Of a DNA stretch of 64,000 bases, positions 47,451 through 61,361 are shown in pieces. The DNA comes from the human T2T-CHM13v2.0 reference genome, Homo sapiens: the NCBI RefSeq assembly GCF_009914755.1, contig NC_060925.1. One strand, written 5' to 3'. Under the pieces are notes generated by a model. That model worked only from the letters and a program-made list of their open reading frames with translations. It was not told where the DNA came from and searched no databases. Numbering within the stretch: position 1 is the stretch's first letter; each line of letters starts with the position of its first letter. Made by a program: the position numbers and the translations under genes.

Positions 47451-49944
47451 ATTATATCTGAGAGATTTAACTTGTACAGATGGAATACCACCTCTTCCCA
47501 TCTCACTATATTTGAAATGGGGTTGGGGTGGGGTAGGTGATTTGTTGCCCTATAGTATTTTAGGAGGAAGAAGAATGTTTCTTTTCTAGTATTAATTGTT
47601 CTAACTGGTGTGTTATATTTCCTTTCCTAGGAAGCACATAAAGAATTCCATTCCCAGAAATCAAGGTTTCAAAACATCTTCAGAAGCAAAGTAAACAAAA
47701 TGGAAAACAAATCTTAACAATAATTTTATTCATAGGAAATTTTTTCATTGCTAATAAAATCTAGGAACACTATAAACTTTTTTCAGACTATACAAATTCT
47801 TTTTTTACCTTGAAAATCTAAATATTTATTAAGTAATAGGTAATACTGCACAAAATATCTAAGTGAGAAAGCATGAGGTATTTTAGAGTCAAATTTGACA
47901 CAGAAGCCTCTACATAAATGAATATACAATCTTTCAAAGTCATAAATTAGTATGCTGCAAGATTCTCCAGACAGCAGGGATCAGAATAAACTGAGAAGGA
48001 AGAAATATTTCCTGCCAGTAGCAAGCAGTAAAAATGCCAAATGCAGGGAAGGAGGGGAAGCGTTTTAAAAATCAAATGGGGTTCATCATGGGACCATACA
48101 TCTGCCTAAAGCAAACCAGATTATAATTCGTGTTTTATTAGAGATTAGACTTGCAAACATCTTGAGTTTCAACACTTGAATTTGAACGGCTGAGGACCTT
48201 TCTCATGGTCCCTAAAAATGTGCCTCTCCTTTCAAAAAGAAACAAATCATTGCTTTCTATTCCGATTTTTGGCTTCTCAATAGCAACTCACTTCTTGGTT
48301 GTACTCTATGGGAGGCACAATAAATACCATTGACTTAAGGAATCGAAGTCCACTGAGGTGAAAAGCAGTACTTGTGAGGGCTCAGGTAGGAGACAGAAAA
48401 AATCCTGGCAGTTATCTCATTTTTCATGAAGAAACCAGGCTGAGCTGTGCCAAGCAGACAGCTATGAGCTCACTGGTTTGAAATAATTACGCATTGAGAC
48501 TTTTCCTCAGGACAGAGCTAATGGGTTTATGCACGAAACATAGCTCAAATATTGATTTACGGGGTTTCTCATTTTAAATCAGTAATGAGTACCCTTTACC
48601 TATACTTGGGCCTGACAAAGTTCTCTGTTATGTTAACTGATGAACTAGATTAAATAGAAAATAAATATTCAACTAAAGCAGATTGTTCTTAATACACATT
48701 TTTATGTTTGGTGGCCTCATTCCTATTTTAGGAGATGCAGAAATCAAAGCCTCAAAGAATCAAAAATGATAGAAGAGCTTTTCAGAGGAATAACACTCCA
48801 TTGTTGAGACTCAGAACTTAAGTACAAACTGAAGCAAACCCAAAACAAATTGCTCTGTTTAGCCCAGTGCCAATCTGAGAAGCGCTCTTTTTATTCAAGA
48901 TGAGATGTGCTGTGACGTCAACCAAGGAAACAGAAACATCAAAAGTGGACAGTATTCAAATGATTTCTGTGGGAAGATGCAGAGCAGGATCCAAAACACT
49001 GATCTATATATTTCTGCATATGTTTGCTCCATGCCTAAAGAAACAAGGAGAAGCATAAGGGAACAGCAAAAAATTCACCTAAAACGCAGTGATGCATGCT
49101 GTAAATTTAGCAGGTCCTTCCAAAACTCCTAACCTGTGCTGTAAGTAAGAAAAGAGATAAATGCAGATCTATTGGTGTCCAGCACTCGCCTGGTTTTTAG
49201 ACTTATTGGATGGCAGTGTAGAAAGTCTTCATTTATTGTCTAAGTGGTATGTTTTGTCTAATTTTGTTATTTTCAAATAAAGCATTTTTTCATATATACT
49301 GCCCCTGCCCCCGAATCCTATTAGTAATGACACTGCCATTGATGACAGAAGAGCCAAGAAAAAGTTGAAAATATTCCACTGTGAAATAAGGATGCAGAGG
49401 ATGTTAAGGTAGCAGATTTGCTAATATAATAAACAAGAGTTAACAGAGCAAATAATATTTCATTCCACTAACTGGTAGATGTTGAATAATATAGTTAAAT
49501 GGATTGGTAAGAATTAAAATGAAAAAATACTATATACTGTTGTTGATGATATTGAAAACTGACCATATTTCTCTCAAGAAGCTCAAAGAATCGCATGCTA
49601 TTCTGAAGGCAAATCTGACCTAAGTCCAAAAAGACTCAGCCATACAAACCTTCTTTGTTGTTTTCCCCTTTCTCCATTCCTCCCCTCCTCAACATCTTGA
49701 CAAGATGGCTCTTTCTCATCATTCAGGCCTTGGGGCTCAAATAGCACCTTCTCAAAAAGCCTTTCTCTGAACACATTATATACAGCGTACTCTCCTATCA
49801 GAGCTCTACCCCATTATTCTGGTTTACTTTCTCCTTAACACATCTTTTGAAATCATCTTTTTTGTTCATTTATTTGTGTATCATCTGTCTTTCCCAGTGC
49901 ACCATAAACTCTGTGAGAGCAGGGTCTACATCTGTACCACCAGC

Positions 49945-50310
49945 ATCTCAAACAGTAACATTTATTATGTTCTTAGATTGTATGGGTCAAGCCCTTATGA
50001 CATTCTTGCTTGGAGTCTCTCATGAGGTTGTACTTAGATGCAGTGCTGGCTGTTGGTTGCAAGCCTTAGTTTCTCTCTATGTGGGCCTCTGCTTGGGACT
50101 GTTTGGATGTTCTCATGGCATGGGGGCTGGCATTCCCCAGAGCAAGCAATCCATAGCAGAAACTGAAGTGCCGTTTATAATCTGGCCTGAGAAGTCACAG
50201 GATCTCACTTCTGCCTATCCTGTCAAGTCACATGATTCAGCATGGCACGAGACTATAGGAGTGAATACCAGGAGGCAAGGATCACTGGGTCCATCGGGAG
50301 AGGTTGGTGC
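49945..50310 (-). mobile_element. MLT1-family LTR fragment
   Basis: aacatttattatgttc, tctctcatgaggttg, gtgaataccaggaggcaaggatcactggg. Confidence 0.6.
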
Positions 50311-50466
50311 TGTTACAGTTCACTGTTTTTAAAAAGCAAGCCTTTGAGGTTCCAAAACCTTGTATTTTTATACACTACTTCAACATTTAAAGGACTTGAA
50401 AAAACTCATTAAAGCTTTCTACTTTTCTAAGACATTTGAAGAAAGTATGAATTTCTTTTTAGTGAC

Positions 50467-50851
50467 TTATATGGTTTGAATGTGTCCCCCAAAGTTCATG
50501 TGTTGGAAACTTGATCCCCAATGTGGTAACGTTGGGAGGTGGGACATTCAAGAGGTAAGTGGGACTTGAGCTCTGCCCTCATGAGTGGACTACTATTGTT
50601 ATTGAATGAGGGGGTTTGTTATCATGAGAGCGAGTTCCTTATAAAAGGACAAGTTTGGCCTCTCTTGTTCTCTCTCACCCTTTCTTGCCCTACCACCATA
50701 GAATGATGTAGCAAAAAGGCCGTCGCCAGATGCCAGCCCCTCAATTTTGGACTCCCAGCCTCCAGAACCATGAGCCAGTGAATTCTGTTCATTATAAATT
50801 ATTACCCAGTCTGTGGTATTCTATTATAGCAGCACAAAACAGACTAAGACA
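50467..50851 (+). mobile_element. MST-family (MSTB/D-like) MaLR solo LTR
   Basis: atggtttgaatgtgtcccccaaagttcatgtgttggaaac ... agcagcacaaaacagactaagaca; 5-bp TSD GTGAC at 50462-50466 and 50852-50856. Confidence 0.88.
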
Positions 50852-51451
50852 GTGACAGAATAAATGAAAAGAATAATAAAATGACTACTGCCCCCTTCAC
50901 TATGTATTTAATAACAAGTTACTGGTTTTGTTTTACTATCTATTTAGTTGAGAATGTGCAGCACTCAAGCTCTTTGAATGTCAAAGTGGGATTAATGCCA
51001 AGTGCAGACAAAGCTGGGAGGAGTTTGAACAAGTATTTGGAAGCAAGTCCCCAGACAGGATTTGCAGCCCATGTCTCTTTTGAGACAATGACATATGCAA
51101 TTCTTCTACCAAAAATGATCTCACTTGTTAACAGTTGATTGTTCAGGGGTCTGGAAAGGATACTGTATTATTCTGGCAGCCAGAGTAAACTTGGGGCAGG
51201 CTGTAGCCATGTGTAACCCTTATCGTCTTAGGGCTCAAAAACTAAGGAAGGCAAATATATTTGTAAAGTTGCTGAAGACAAGAGTTATCTGTCTGGATTT
51301 TTTAAGTCATAATCATTCTGTACAAGGTGAAAGGAAGAACACCTTCTCCCAATTATTTCAGATAAGACAGTTGAATTTCTACTACAATGACTAAAACTAA
51401 TTACGTGAATAAATAAATAGATCAATCCATCAATAAATTAACTAAGGAGCC

Positions 51452-51540
51452 TGAAGAAAGTATTAATTTCTTTTTAGTGACTCCTCTGGCTTGAATGTGT
51501 CCTCCAAAGTTCATGTGTTGGAAACTTGATCCCCAATGTG
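51452..51540 (+). repeat. 89-bp dispersed copy of 50437-50525 (flank plus MST LTR start)
   Basis: Manual alignment gives 83/89 identical with no gaps. Confidence 0.9.
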
Positions 51541-53506
51541 AGAAGCCTTAAGATTTACCTAGAAAAATGCCTGTTTGGAAACACAGAAAGAAAATAATTA
51601 GAAGGGAGAAAATGGAGCCAAACAAACGATGTTAGTACAAGTAGGAGTGAAATTTAAATAAAAATGAGAACTCTAAATTCACTCCAAAAAATCAATTCAG
51701 GAGAAATTATTTCAGAAGGTAAAACACAGAGTATGGTTCTTCTGCTCCTTTGACATCAAAATAATAAGGGAAACTGTTGCTTTCTGGCTCAAAGCTATAG
51801 AACACAAAGGCAATTTGTTATCTAATACTTGACAACTGATATATAGCTTAGGGGAAGCAACACTAAATCTCAGATACTCTATTACAAAGAAGAGAGAGAA
51901 AAGCTTCAAAATCTGTTTTGCCTCAGGGCAGAAATCGTTTCACCCTCAGTCCATTAAATCACATTGACTATGATATCAAAGTGAAAACTCATTAGGGCAT
52001 TTTATGCTTTCATGCTTGAGCCCTAGTGTTACCAATGCACCCAAGAGAAACCTTCCTTAAGAAACTCAAAACAGCTGGCACCACATTTCAGGGAAACAAG
52101 GCAGCTGGCCTACAGCTGGAGAGTATCAGCTGAATAGCCAAGACTGGAGAGGGATGAGGGAGTCAGCCAAAGAGCAGTATTTTCTCGAGATAATTCTGAT
52201 CTAGCAGAAGGATGTGCTTTTTTATTTATTAGTTATAGCTTGGAAAGGGAAGCGTTTGATTTTAGAAACTAAACCCCTAGTGTAAGTCAAAGAGTTACTA
52301 AGGGGAAGACTCCTTGAAAAAGAAAGTTTTTGCCTTCTTGATTTTGACTTTTCTGTAGCATATAAACTCAAACTCAGGAGACAAGTGATTTTCAGTCTCC
52401 CATATCTCTACTTCCTTTGACTTTTGTTTTGCTCCTAAAGTGTCAGCAAGGAGGGAGGTAGCCCCAACCAGCTTCATGTTACAAGGACCTTTCATGGCAC
52501 TCATGCTTTTGGCCTCTGAAGGCATTGCCAATGTTTAGTATTTCTATATAATGACACTACTGTGAAGTAAAGCCTTTCCATAGGAGGAGCTATCACTTCA
52601 GTGTGATAATCCACTAGCTTGGTGAGACTTGAATTCCAACTGGCAGGTTCTTCTAACCTCCAAAGTGCAAATGCAGGCTGCTTTCCTTACACAGCAGACT
52701 GAGCAAAAAACACCAGTAACTTTTGCAAATAACAAACACACATATCGTTTCCCATCACAATGGCAAATGTCAAACTGCTGTTTTTGCTTTTTCCAAAAGT
52801 GCGTGAGGTGGGGGGGGGGGCGGTGCCGGAAGCATTCTAGGGAAGACTTGCACTTACTTATTTTGCATATATGATAAAATTAAATCTAACCAAATACCTG
52901 CAACACGTACACTTATGCTGCAAATATTCCACTCCTAGTGGAGTCAACAGCAATAGATTTCCTAGTTTTCAGACCTGGAACTATCTCCTCTGACATAGTT
53001 CTGACATAATTCTCTGGGCTTTTTTTCTTCTCATCACAGCCTTTTTTTGCTTCTGTTGTTCATGAAAAAAGATAGCATTTTCACTCAGGTTAGAGGGCAA
53101 ATAAGTTTTTACAATTTTTATATAGATATGAATCATCAGTCTAATCACCAAGGATTTGAGACATGGATAAGTCAAAACTACAGAAGAAGTCAAATCTAAG
53201 TAAAAATAAAGGAAAAAAGCTCAAAATGCCATCTTAAATAATGTGGCAATAGCGTGAGTTGTTTCATTTTTCATGGCATTAGTGGTGGAACTTCAAATAC
53301 ATAGCATGTGGTGGCTAGAAAAGTCTTGAAAGATTAGCCTATGCAACCCTCATTGTACAGGTAGGAGGGCAAGGCAAGGCAAAGAATTCAAGAAAATTTG
53401 AAAATACAGTGGTACATGACATAGACAATGCAAAAGAGCAGTTAAGAAATCAGATATTACTGGTACTGGAATGCTCTGTATGGAATGTTGCTGAATACCT
53501 TTCAGC

Positions 53507-53815
<309 letters not shown>

Positions 53816-56499
53816 TCAGCTTTTTTTTTTTTTTTTTTCTGAGCAGAGATAAAAATTAGGCTCCGTTCTCTAAACATACAAGTATCAGGCAACACAGAGA
53901 CAGAGATACAGCTCAAGGGTTTGTTGGATGATTGGACCAAGCTGACCTGTTATCAAAACTGGCTTCTACATATCCAACATACTGACAATCCATGCATAGA
54001 CAACTGATAGTTCTACTACTGCTGTTATTTTGATAAGATGCATGGGAAAATGAGGTCTTGGGCCTCACAAGAAGATTATCAGTAGCAAAGTCTGGCCAAT
54101 GGGCTTGGAGGTTCCATGCTTTCCAGAGGGACACTTAATAATCTGCCTCTCATAGGGCAAGGAGAGTTCAGCAAATATTAGGGAGTTACTGCCCTTTCCA
54201 CTTTAGACAAACACCAGCAGTTCCCCTTTAGTTCAATGGTATTCGCACAGGCGTTATGAAAGCTGTTAAGATTCAGAACCATTGTCAGAGGACTTGGCAG
54301 AATGTAACCTAATCTTTTCTGACTGAGAGACAGAAAACTGGCCCAAAAGTGGGGCTATAACCTTCAGTCACCTGCTGGCATTGCTGCCATCTGATGCCTA
54401 AGAAATGAGGATCCAGTGTGTCTTTGATGCCCGTCAAAGCTTTGAAGCTGGGTCAAGACCAGGGGACAAAGGCAGCACTGTTTATGCAAATCTGGAAACA
54501 AAAGAAGCTAATCTCCAAAGCCATCAGAAGTAACATCAGAAATTCAATACCCAGAGAGGATTAGAGGCCCTAGACCAGTATGAAATAGGAAACCTAAAAG
54601 CAAAGCTGGGCAACACACCAAAACACATACTGTAGGAAGGAATCCTGAGCTGGCCAGAGCCTGGCTAGATGTGCTCAGAAGTCTTGATATATGCAGCTCC
54701 CTTAGTCAAGAGGCAACCATCTGTGTGCCAAAGGAAGGACCTCCTGGGCAGCTGCTGCTTCTCTACCTGGTGCACACAGCTCCTTCATAAGAAGGTCTAA
54801 TATATGCCATTGCAAGGCTAGCTCTCATGTTGCCACTTTCCTTGGGAGTTCAGTCATCATCAAGCACGTGCCTTCCCAAGGAGACAACACTCTTAGCAAA
54901 CACCTTTCGCACAGTATAAAACAGGATAAAATACCACGAGCTTCCTAGAAAAGGATTTTTTAAAGCCATCCCCCAGAGATCTAAAGTTGGGCTGAGGGTC
55001 CAGGAAGCATCGATTATGCAGTTATGTGAACATTCTTCAGATATGGTTATCCCCATGAAGAGGAAAGTGTTAGGTCAGGAAAGGACTCAGAGAACATCTC
55101 ATCTAGAGATTTTTAAGCAAGACTGCATATTACCACCCTTTGGGAAGTTTTCAAAATACGTCAATTGCCCTGGATCATCAAATGATTCCAATAAGTGGCT
55201 GCATTTGAAAAGCACAATTTTAGCACATTTCCCTTATGTTACAGGAGAAACTAAGTGACTTGCTCAAAGCAGCCTAGCATGAGCAATGCTTCCAAGACCT
55301 TTCACAGGACAACACAGATAGCGTATTTGCACACTAGGGAAAAATGAAAGACGCTGCTTTTGGCTAGAGGAAACTGTCCTGGAGACCCCACTGCCACCAG
55401 CCTCACTTCATCTCCAGGTGATTGTTATTTTCTTGGTGGGATGTGCTAAGCTGTGGTATGCAGTTCACATTTTTGAGAAGGATAAAAGATACAAAAATAA
55501 AGTGGATGCATAAACTTAAGAACTTTATTGTAGAATTTTTGCCCTGTCACCAAAAGAGCACAAGAAAATAGGGTATGGAACCATATAAGACTTAACAACT
55601 GAGTTGCAATCTTCCCCACAGGAGGCTGCTGTACATGCAGTTATAATAATGCTGCTATATCAACTTCTTAAAAAATATTTGTTGTGCAGCAGCAACAAAC
55701 TCAGAACAATCCTCTGTATAGCAGAACAGAACTGTGTGAATTTCTAAAAAGCCATATTTTGAGTTCATAGCTAGTGAAGACACCAGGGTTAGGGACTTTG
55801 TAATATCATGTAATTAAGGCTGAACTGCCAGCTACTAAAAACAGGCTAATTTAGTAGACTGTTTACATTTGTCACAAATGAGGGGAGGAATTTTTAATGG
55901 TATGCCAACGGGAAAAATCTAAGAAAATTAAATACAAGAAACAAAGAAACCAAGATTAGGGTATATAAGGACTGAAGTGGCTCAAATGAATTCTACTTAG
56001 TTTAAAGAAATGCACTGGTTTGATTTCCCTGTACTCTAAGATGTTCATTAGTAGGTATTTTTTCTTCTGCAATACTAAAGGCTTAATGAACTCATTGTGT
56101 AAGATACACTGAAGAAAGAATGTGAGGGAGTGTCGTTTTATACTGAGCCCCAGTGCAAGGAGCTTCATACAGTGGGTAAAACATTTGGGGCATTGTCTTT
56201 TAAAAAATCTTTTTAAAAAAATAGTCACTATTAGATGGAGATGGAACATATGTGCTTGACTTAATAATAATAACAAAAAAACACAAATGATGCATGCCTG
56301 GCTGGGTTTCTCCTATGTAATCCTGTACATTACTACTTCTCTTAATAAGAAAACCCCTTGGTCTTTTTGATGGCTTAAGCATCTGGAATCTGAAGTTTAG
56401 AATATTCCAGAGTATGCCAACTTTCCAAACTCTGAAAATCCCATGATCTGTACTTTAAGTGCATACATAGCCTTCTAGGAGCTCATCTTCTGCAGTTCC

Positions 56500-56680
56500 C
56501 AAACCAAGAAGAAGTGCATCCAAATCACTTATGTACATGCTTAACACACCAATTCCTAGGACCCCGCTGTGGACCATCTGATGAATGTGACTGAAATGGG
56601 CCCCAGAAATCCATGTATCTAACAAATGCTCCAGGTATTGTGATGCAACTGGCCTCTGAACCTGTATTTGGGAAACACTA
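56500..56680. mobile_element. MER5A-like hAT-Charlie element
   Basis: gggccccagaaatccatgtatctaacaaatgctccaggt...tttgggaaacact. Confidence 0.6.
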
Positions 56681-59600
56681 GTTGAATCCAGCAGCCTTAC
56701 ACTAAAGGGTTGGCAGAACAATGGTAAGGACCATGTCCACTCATGGACAATGAACTAGACCAATGGGGACAAGTCACTTTTAGGCCACCTCAATTACTAA
56801 TTTCAACATGATTACCTGGATTTATCCACATAGACAATCAGTGATGGTGGAATAAATAAAAGGATGTAACATTTTAAAAATCCATTGTTTTAGAAATCCA
56901 TAGTTTGTCTTGCTAAATAAAAAGCTTACAATGGAAACCAACGTACCCAATAAATTTTATTAAAATCTAACAAGATTGAGGAAAGGCAGAGAAGAGGCTT
57001 GTACTTTTCTAAAATATTTTCGTATGCTGGCTGTTTCAAGCCTTACATGCCAATTCCACAAAATCCATTTGCAACACAAGAGATGGTCTGACTGTCTGAA
57101 TACTCTCCCGCCCAACCTGTTTCTAGCACAAGGAAAGCAGTGGCGTGGAAGCTGCATATAAGCTTACTGTTCAATGGTGCAGTGATGACATGAAAAATCC
57201 TGATTCCACTTGGCAGCAACTTTCCACTATCTTGGCGGGTGTAAACCATAATCATTGTGGTGTGTGGTGCTGAGACAGGATTATGGGGCTGGCTGGCAAC
57301 CAAGAAACTAAAAAACAGTCTATTAGTCCAGCAAGGGACTCCGTGTCGGGAATGCTATGGCCCCAAATGTCTACAACCACACTTTTCACAACTATCCCAA
57401 GAATTTAAGTTCTACTGTTAGTCTCTAGAAAATTCTACCTTTCCCAAGACTCTAAAATGCAGCAGTTTCTCACTTAATATGGCTTTCAGGGAGAACACCA
57501 ATCAATGTACCTCCACAGACTCTCCTGTCTTAGAGTTATGTCTCTCTCTTGTGAGAATGAGATACTTGCCTTCACCACTGCCCTCCCCATCTCCAAAACA
57601 TATACAATCACTCTCAGAAAGAAAAGGGACTGGAAAGAAACAGTCCTACTTCCCTCTTGGCAGCAATTGTATGCACTTTGGGCTTGGCAGTCCAAATGGG
57701 GAAAGCTCTATGTAAGGAACCTCCTCTCTGCAGCCTGATGTATCCCTCAATAGGTCTTGAAGTGATTCAACCTGGAAGGTAATGAACTATTCCAATAAAG
57801 CCAATGTGTGAATGAAATCAGGTACTCATGAAAATGCTTCAGCTCAGCAGCTTGTCCCAGACTCATCTTCTACCATACTCTTGGGGGTATACAGCCCAAG
57901 ATCACTATTCTAAGATCATTATTTATGTTATTATTTGTGTTTCTGAAAGACATATCTTCTAAGATGTCTTCAAACATTAATCAGAAAACACTGGAGGGAA
58001 GGAGATTATTTTGCATTATGTTTGCAGAGGAACAAAATCTTATCAGTTAAACCAACAAGTCAGGGGACAGGCCTTAGCTTGCTGAATTTGACAAACAACT
58101 AAAATAATAATTGTTGCTTCAATTAAGTGAAACACGTTACAAAGTCAGCCCTAGCAAGATGTCATGGAGCTATTATTCAAAGTCTAACTCTGAAAGGATT
58201 TCTGTATGGTGCTCCTAGAGAGGAAAAGAAACGCCCTGCAGCCAAATCTGAGGTTTAATTCATGCAAGAGACTTGGCTAATGCCACCTACCACAAATGCT
58301 GCATTTTCACGGATCTGAACTACAGAAAGTTCCAGCAAATTAATTACAGCCACTCTATTTATATTCTACCTGACTTTTCAATTATTACCTATAATGAGAT
58401 TTTTATTTTTATGAACATTAATGCACAGCTTTCCTACCAGAGGAGTAGAGAGCTAAGGGAAAAGTAATACAATCCTGATCCTTTTACCACTAGGTCACTC
58501 GCTGGCAGCTTGCCAAGCCTGCTGGTTCCCCAAAGTAGTTACTGCTTGGGTCCTAGGGTTCCTTCAGCAGCCTGAGGTGGGAGCAAAGCTCACCACCCAA
58601 ATGTCAACATGGGTCAGGCAAGTCAAGTCAAAGAAAGACAGCGGGGACTAACTGCAAGTGCACACAGTGTGGGTCTGATGGGGACTGGGCTGCCTGGACA
58701 AAATCCAGGGGACAGCAGCTACTCAGCTCCAACAATAGTTGCTGTGTATGAATCCAGGCCTGGCAAGGTCAGGTGCTGGTTACATGGCATGTTTTGTCTG
58801 TGAAAAGTTACCAAGTTATACATTTATGATATATGAACTTTTGGATAAATATTACACCTCATCAAAAAGTTTTTTTTATTAGGGCCAGACCTTCTAGAGG
58901 CCAGAGAGACAAGGACAAGAGAGCAGGACGGGTGTTATCAGAGAGGCCTTCAGAGTACCTGCCTGGAACAGGTGTTATATGAAGCTGGCTTTTATTGTGC
59001 CACCCAGGGCATGGCTGTAGATAGGCTGGCAGTGTTTAAAGAACATGGGATAGAGAGATGGATTTTAAAATATCACACTTATCCAGAACTGGATATGTAA
59101 AACACTCATATTTGGGTTAAAATGAAAAGGATATATGTATATGTATAGAAAGTTTCTAGAAAAATATGAAAGAAAGTGTTAATATTGGTCACTGGCAGGT
59201 GGTATAGAGTAGATGGGAGATTTACTTTTTGTGATATTCCCAATCATACTTTTTTTATTACTTTCCCATTTAAAAAAGTCAGAAGAGCAAATTCTTAAAA
59301 TAACTGAAGTACTATTAAAAATCCATAAAGACCCTAAGGGATTCAAATTTTTAAAAACTAACAATTTTTGATATGCTAACAACATATCAATTAAATGCAA
59401 TTAAATGAACAAGTCACTCTTTTGAAATAAAAATGTCAAAACATAGAATACATACGTTTTGTAATTCCTGATGAATAATAGCTATAATTTAAACACATAT
59501 GGTAAAAGTTCTTCATGATATGGTAACTGGGGAATAGGTGTAGTGGCCATACCATAGGCTAATGATTTTCTTTCAGACTTTACTGTATGTTGTTATGCTA

Positions 59601-60982
59601 TGTCAAGAAATATGCAGAAACAAGCCTTATTATTGTCCTACTATAGTCCTATATAAGCCTTATAATGGTCCTACTATACTGTGCCATAGACTTGGAGACG
59701 GTGCCACACAGCAATATGACCCAAGTGCACGTTTAAGTGTTGGAAAAAGAACCAAGAGACAACCAGCAGCCTTCTCAGTTACAAGGCATTCATTGTTCAT
59801 TCCTATGACCACCAGAAACAGACAAGCAAAAGGAACCTAAGAAGCACATGCTTATGTATTTGGAGTCACAAAGAAACTCCCTGGCCTAATCACTTGGATA
59901 AAGGAGCTAAAAACAGATCTGAGAAAACCAAACTCTGCTTAAAATACTCCCCATGCTCCTTTAAACCAAGAAGGATATTCATTATAAAATAATCAGCATT
60001 AAAACAGCTACACAGGATTAAAAATCTAGAAATCAGTTATCTCATTCCATAATCACCATGGGAATCTCTTAACTGCCCTGTGCTTTAGATGCCTCATCAT
60101 GGAACTCAATATAATAAAACCAGGGCAACTTAGGCATTCTTACTAATTCTGTAGTTAAGCTGTCATAACTGGAACAACAGGATTGGTGTCATTTATTAGT
60201 CACTTCAGTTTTTACCCAGAGGAAATATTCTGAGCTCCAATCATATTTTGAAATTGGAGGTTGCAGGGAGGATTGATAATTTCTTCAATCATTTGGAATG
60301 AAGCTGAATTTAGGGGACAACCAAATCTAAGACTACTGATTAAAAAGCCTGAAAAATGGAATCTCTATTTTACCAATATGAACTGAAAATGTAGCCAATA
60401 CGTGTATGATTAGTGCCACCTTAATCATTTGCCACTAATAATACTTGAGAAATTTCTTTCTACTGTTATGTAGCTATGATCACAGCAAGTGACCTGCATA
60501 TTTATGTACAACCCACATTTTAGTCATAATCTGTCCCTATGAAATATACCAAAACAGATTAGAGTTCACTAAAAAGTGCCTGAACTAAGTGATGAAATTA
60601 TCAAGACAGCGGAAGAGAACCACTAAGACCCTTGCATCATTCAAGTGGAAATGACAATTCTTATTTGAAAGAAACACTAGCGTTCTTATCTTCCCAAGTT
60701 GGGTCAACCGACAGAAGCAAAAACTAGAACTAATTGGTCTTTTCACAATCTTAAGCAGACCATCTGTACTCGGTCTGCAACATTAGCTGCCTGGGTCACA
60801 TCCTGGCTCCACCATGCATTAGCCTAGTGACCTCAGGCAAGTTATTTATATTCTCTGTGCCTCGGTTTCCTTCTGTGTAAAGTGATAGAGTAGAATGTAA
60901 TGGCATCTCCCACCTAGGGTTGTTGTCTGGAGTAAATCAGTTTTGATACCAAAGTGTCTAGAACAGTGCCTCCATGAATGTA

Positions 60983-61361
60983 TCCTTCCTTCCTTCCTTC
61001 CTTCCTTCCTTCCTTCCTTCCTTCCTTCCTTCCTTAGTTCTTTATTTTTCCCTTCCCTTACCTTTTCCTTTTTCTTTTCTTTTGAGACAGGGTCTCGCTG
61101 TGTTGCCCAGGAAGAAGCACAGTGGCTCAATCTCGGCTTGCTGCAACCTCCACCTCCTAGGTTCAAGCAATCCACCCACAGTCTCCCAAGTAGCTGGGAC
61201 TATAGGTGCATGCCATCGTGCCTGGATGATTTTTACATTTCTTGTAGAGATGGAGTTTCACCATGTTGCCCAGGCTGGTCTTGAACTCCTTGGCTTAAGA
61301 AATCTGCCCACCTCGGCCCCCCAAAGTGCTAGGATTACAGGCATGAGCCACTGCATCCAGA
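60983..61361 (-). mobile_element. Alu (AluJ-like) with (TTCC)n microsatellite tail, next to a MIR at about 60770-60975
   Basis: (ttcc)n tract, gagacagggtctcgctgtgttgcccagg, ggtcttgaactcc. Confidence 0.9.

Noticed and set aside
45410-48560. Unique-looking stretches (about 45410-45620 and 48060-48560) that resemble conserved enhancers
   Set aside because: Conservation cannot be judged without alignments; nothing in the sequence alone supports a call.
49847-50332. 161-aa ORF
   Set aside because: Runs across L2-like and MLT1 remnants, has a non-ATG start and no protein family resemblance.
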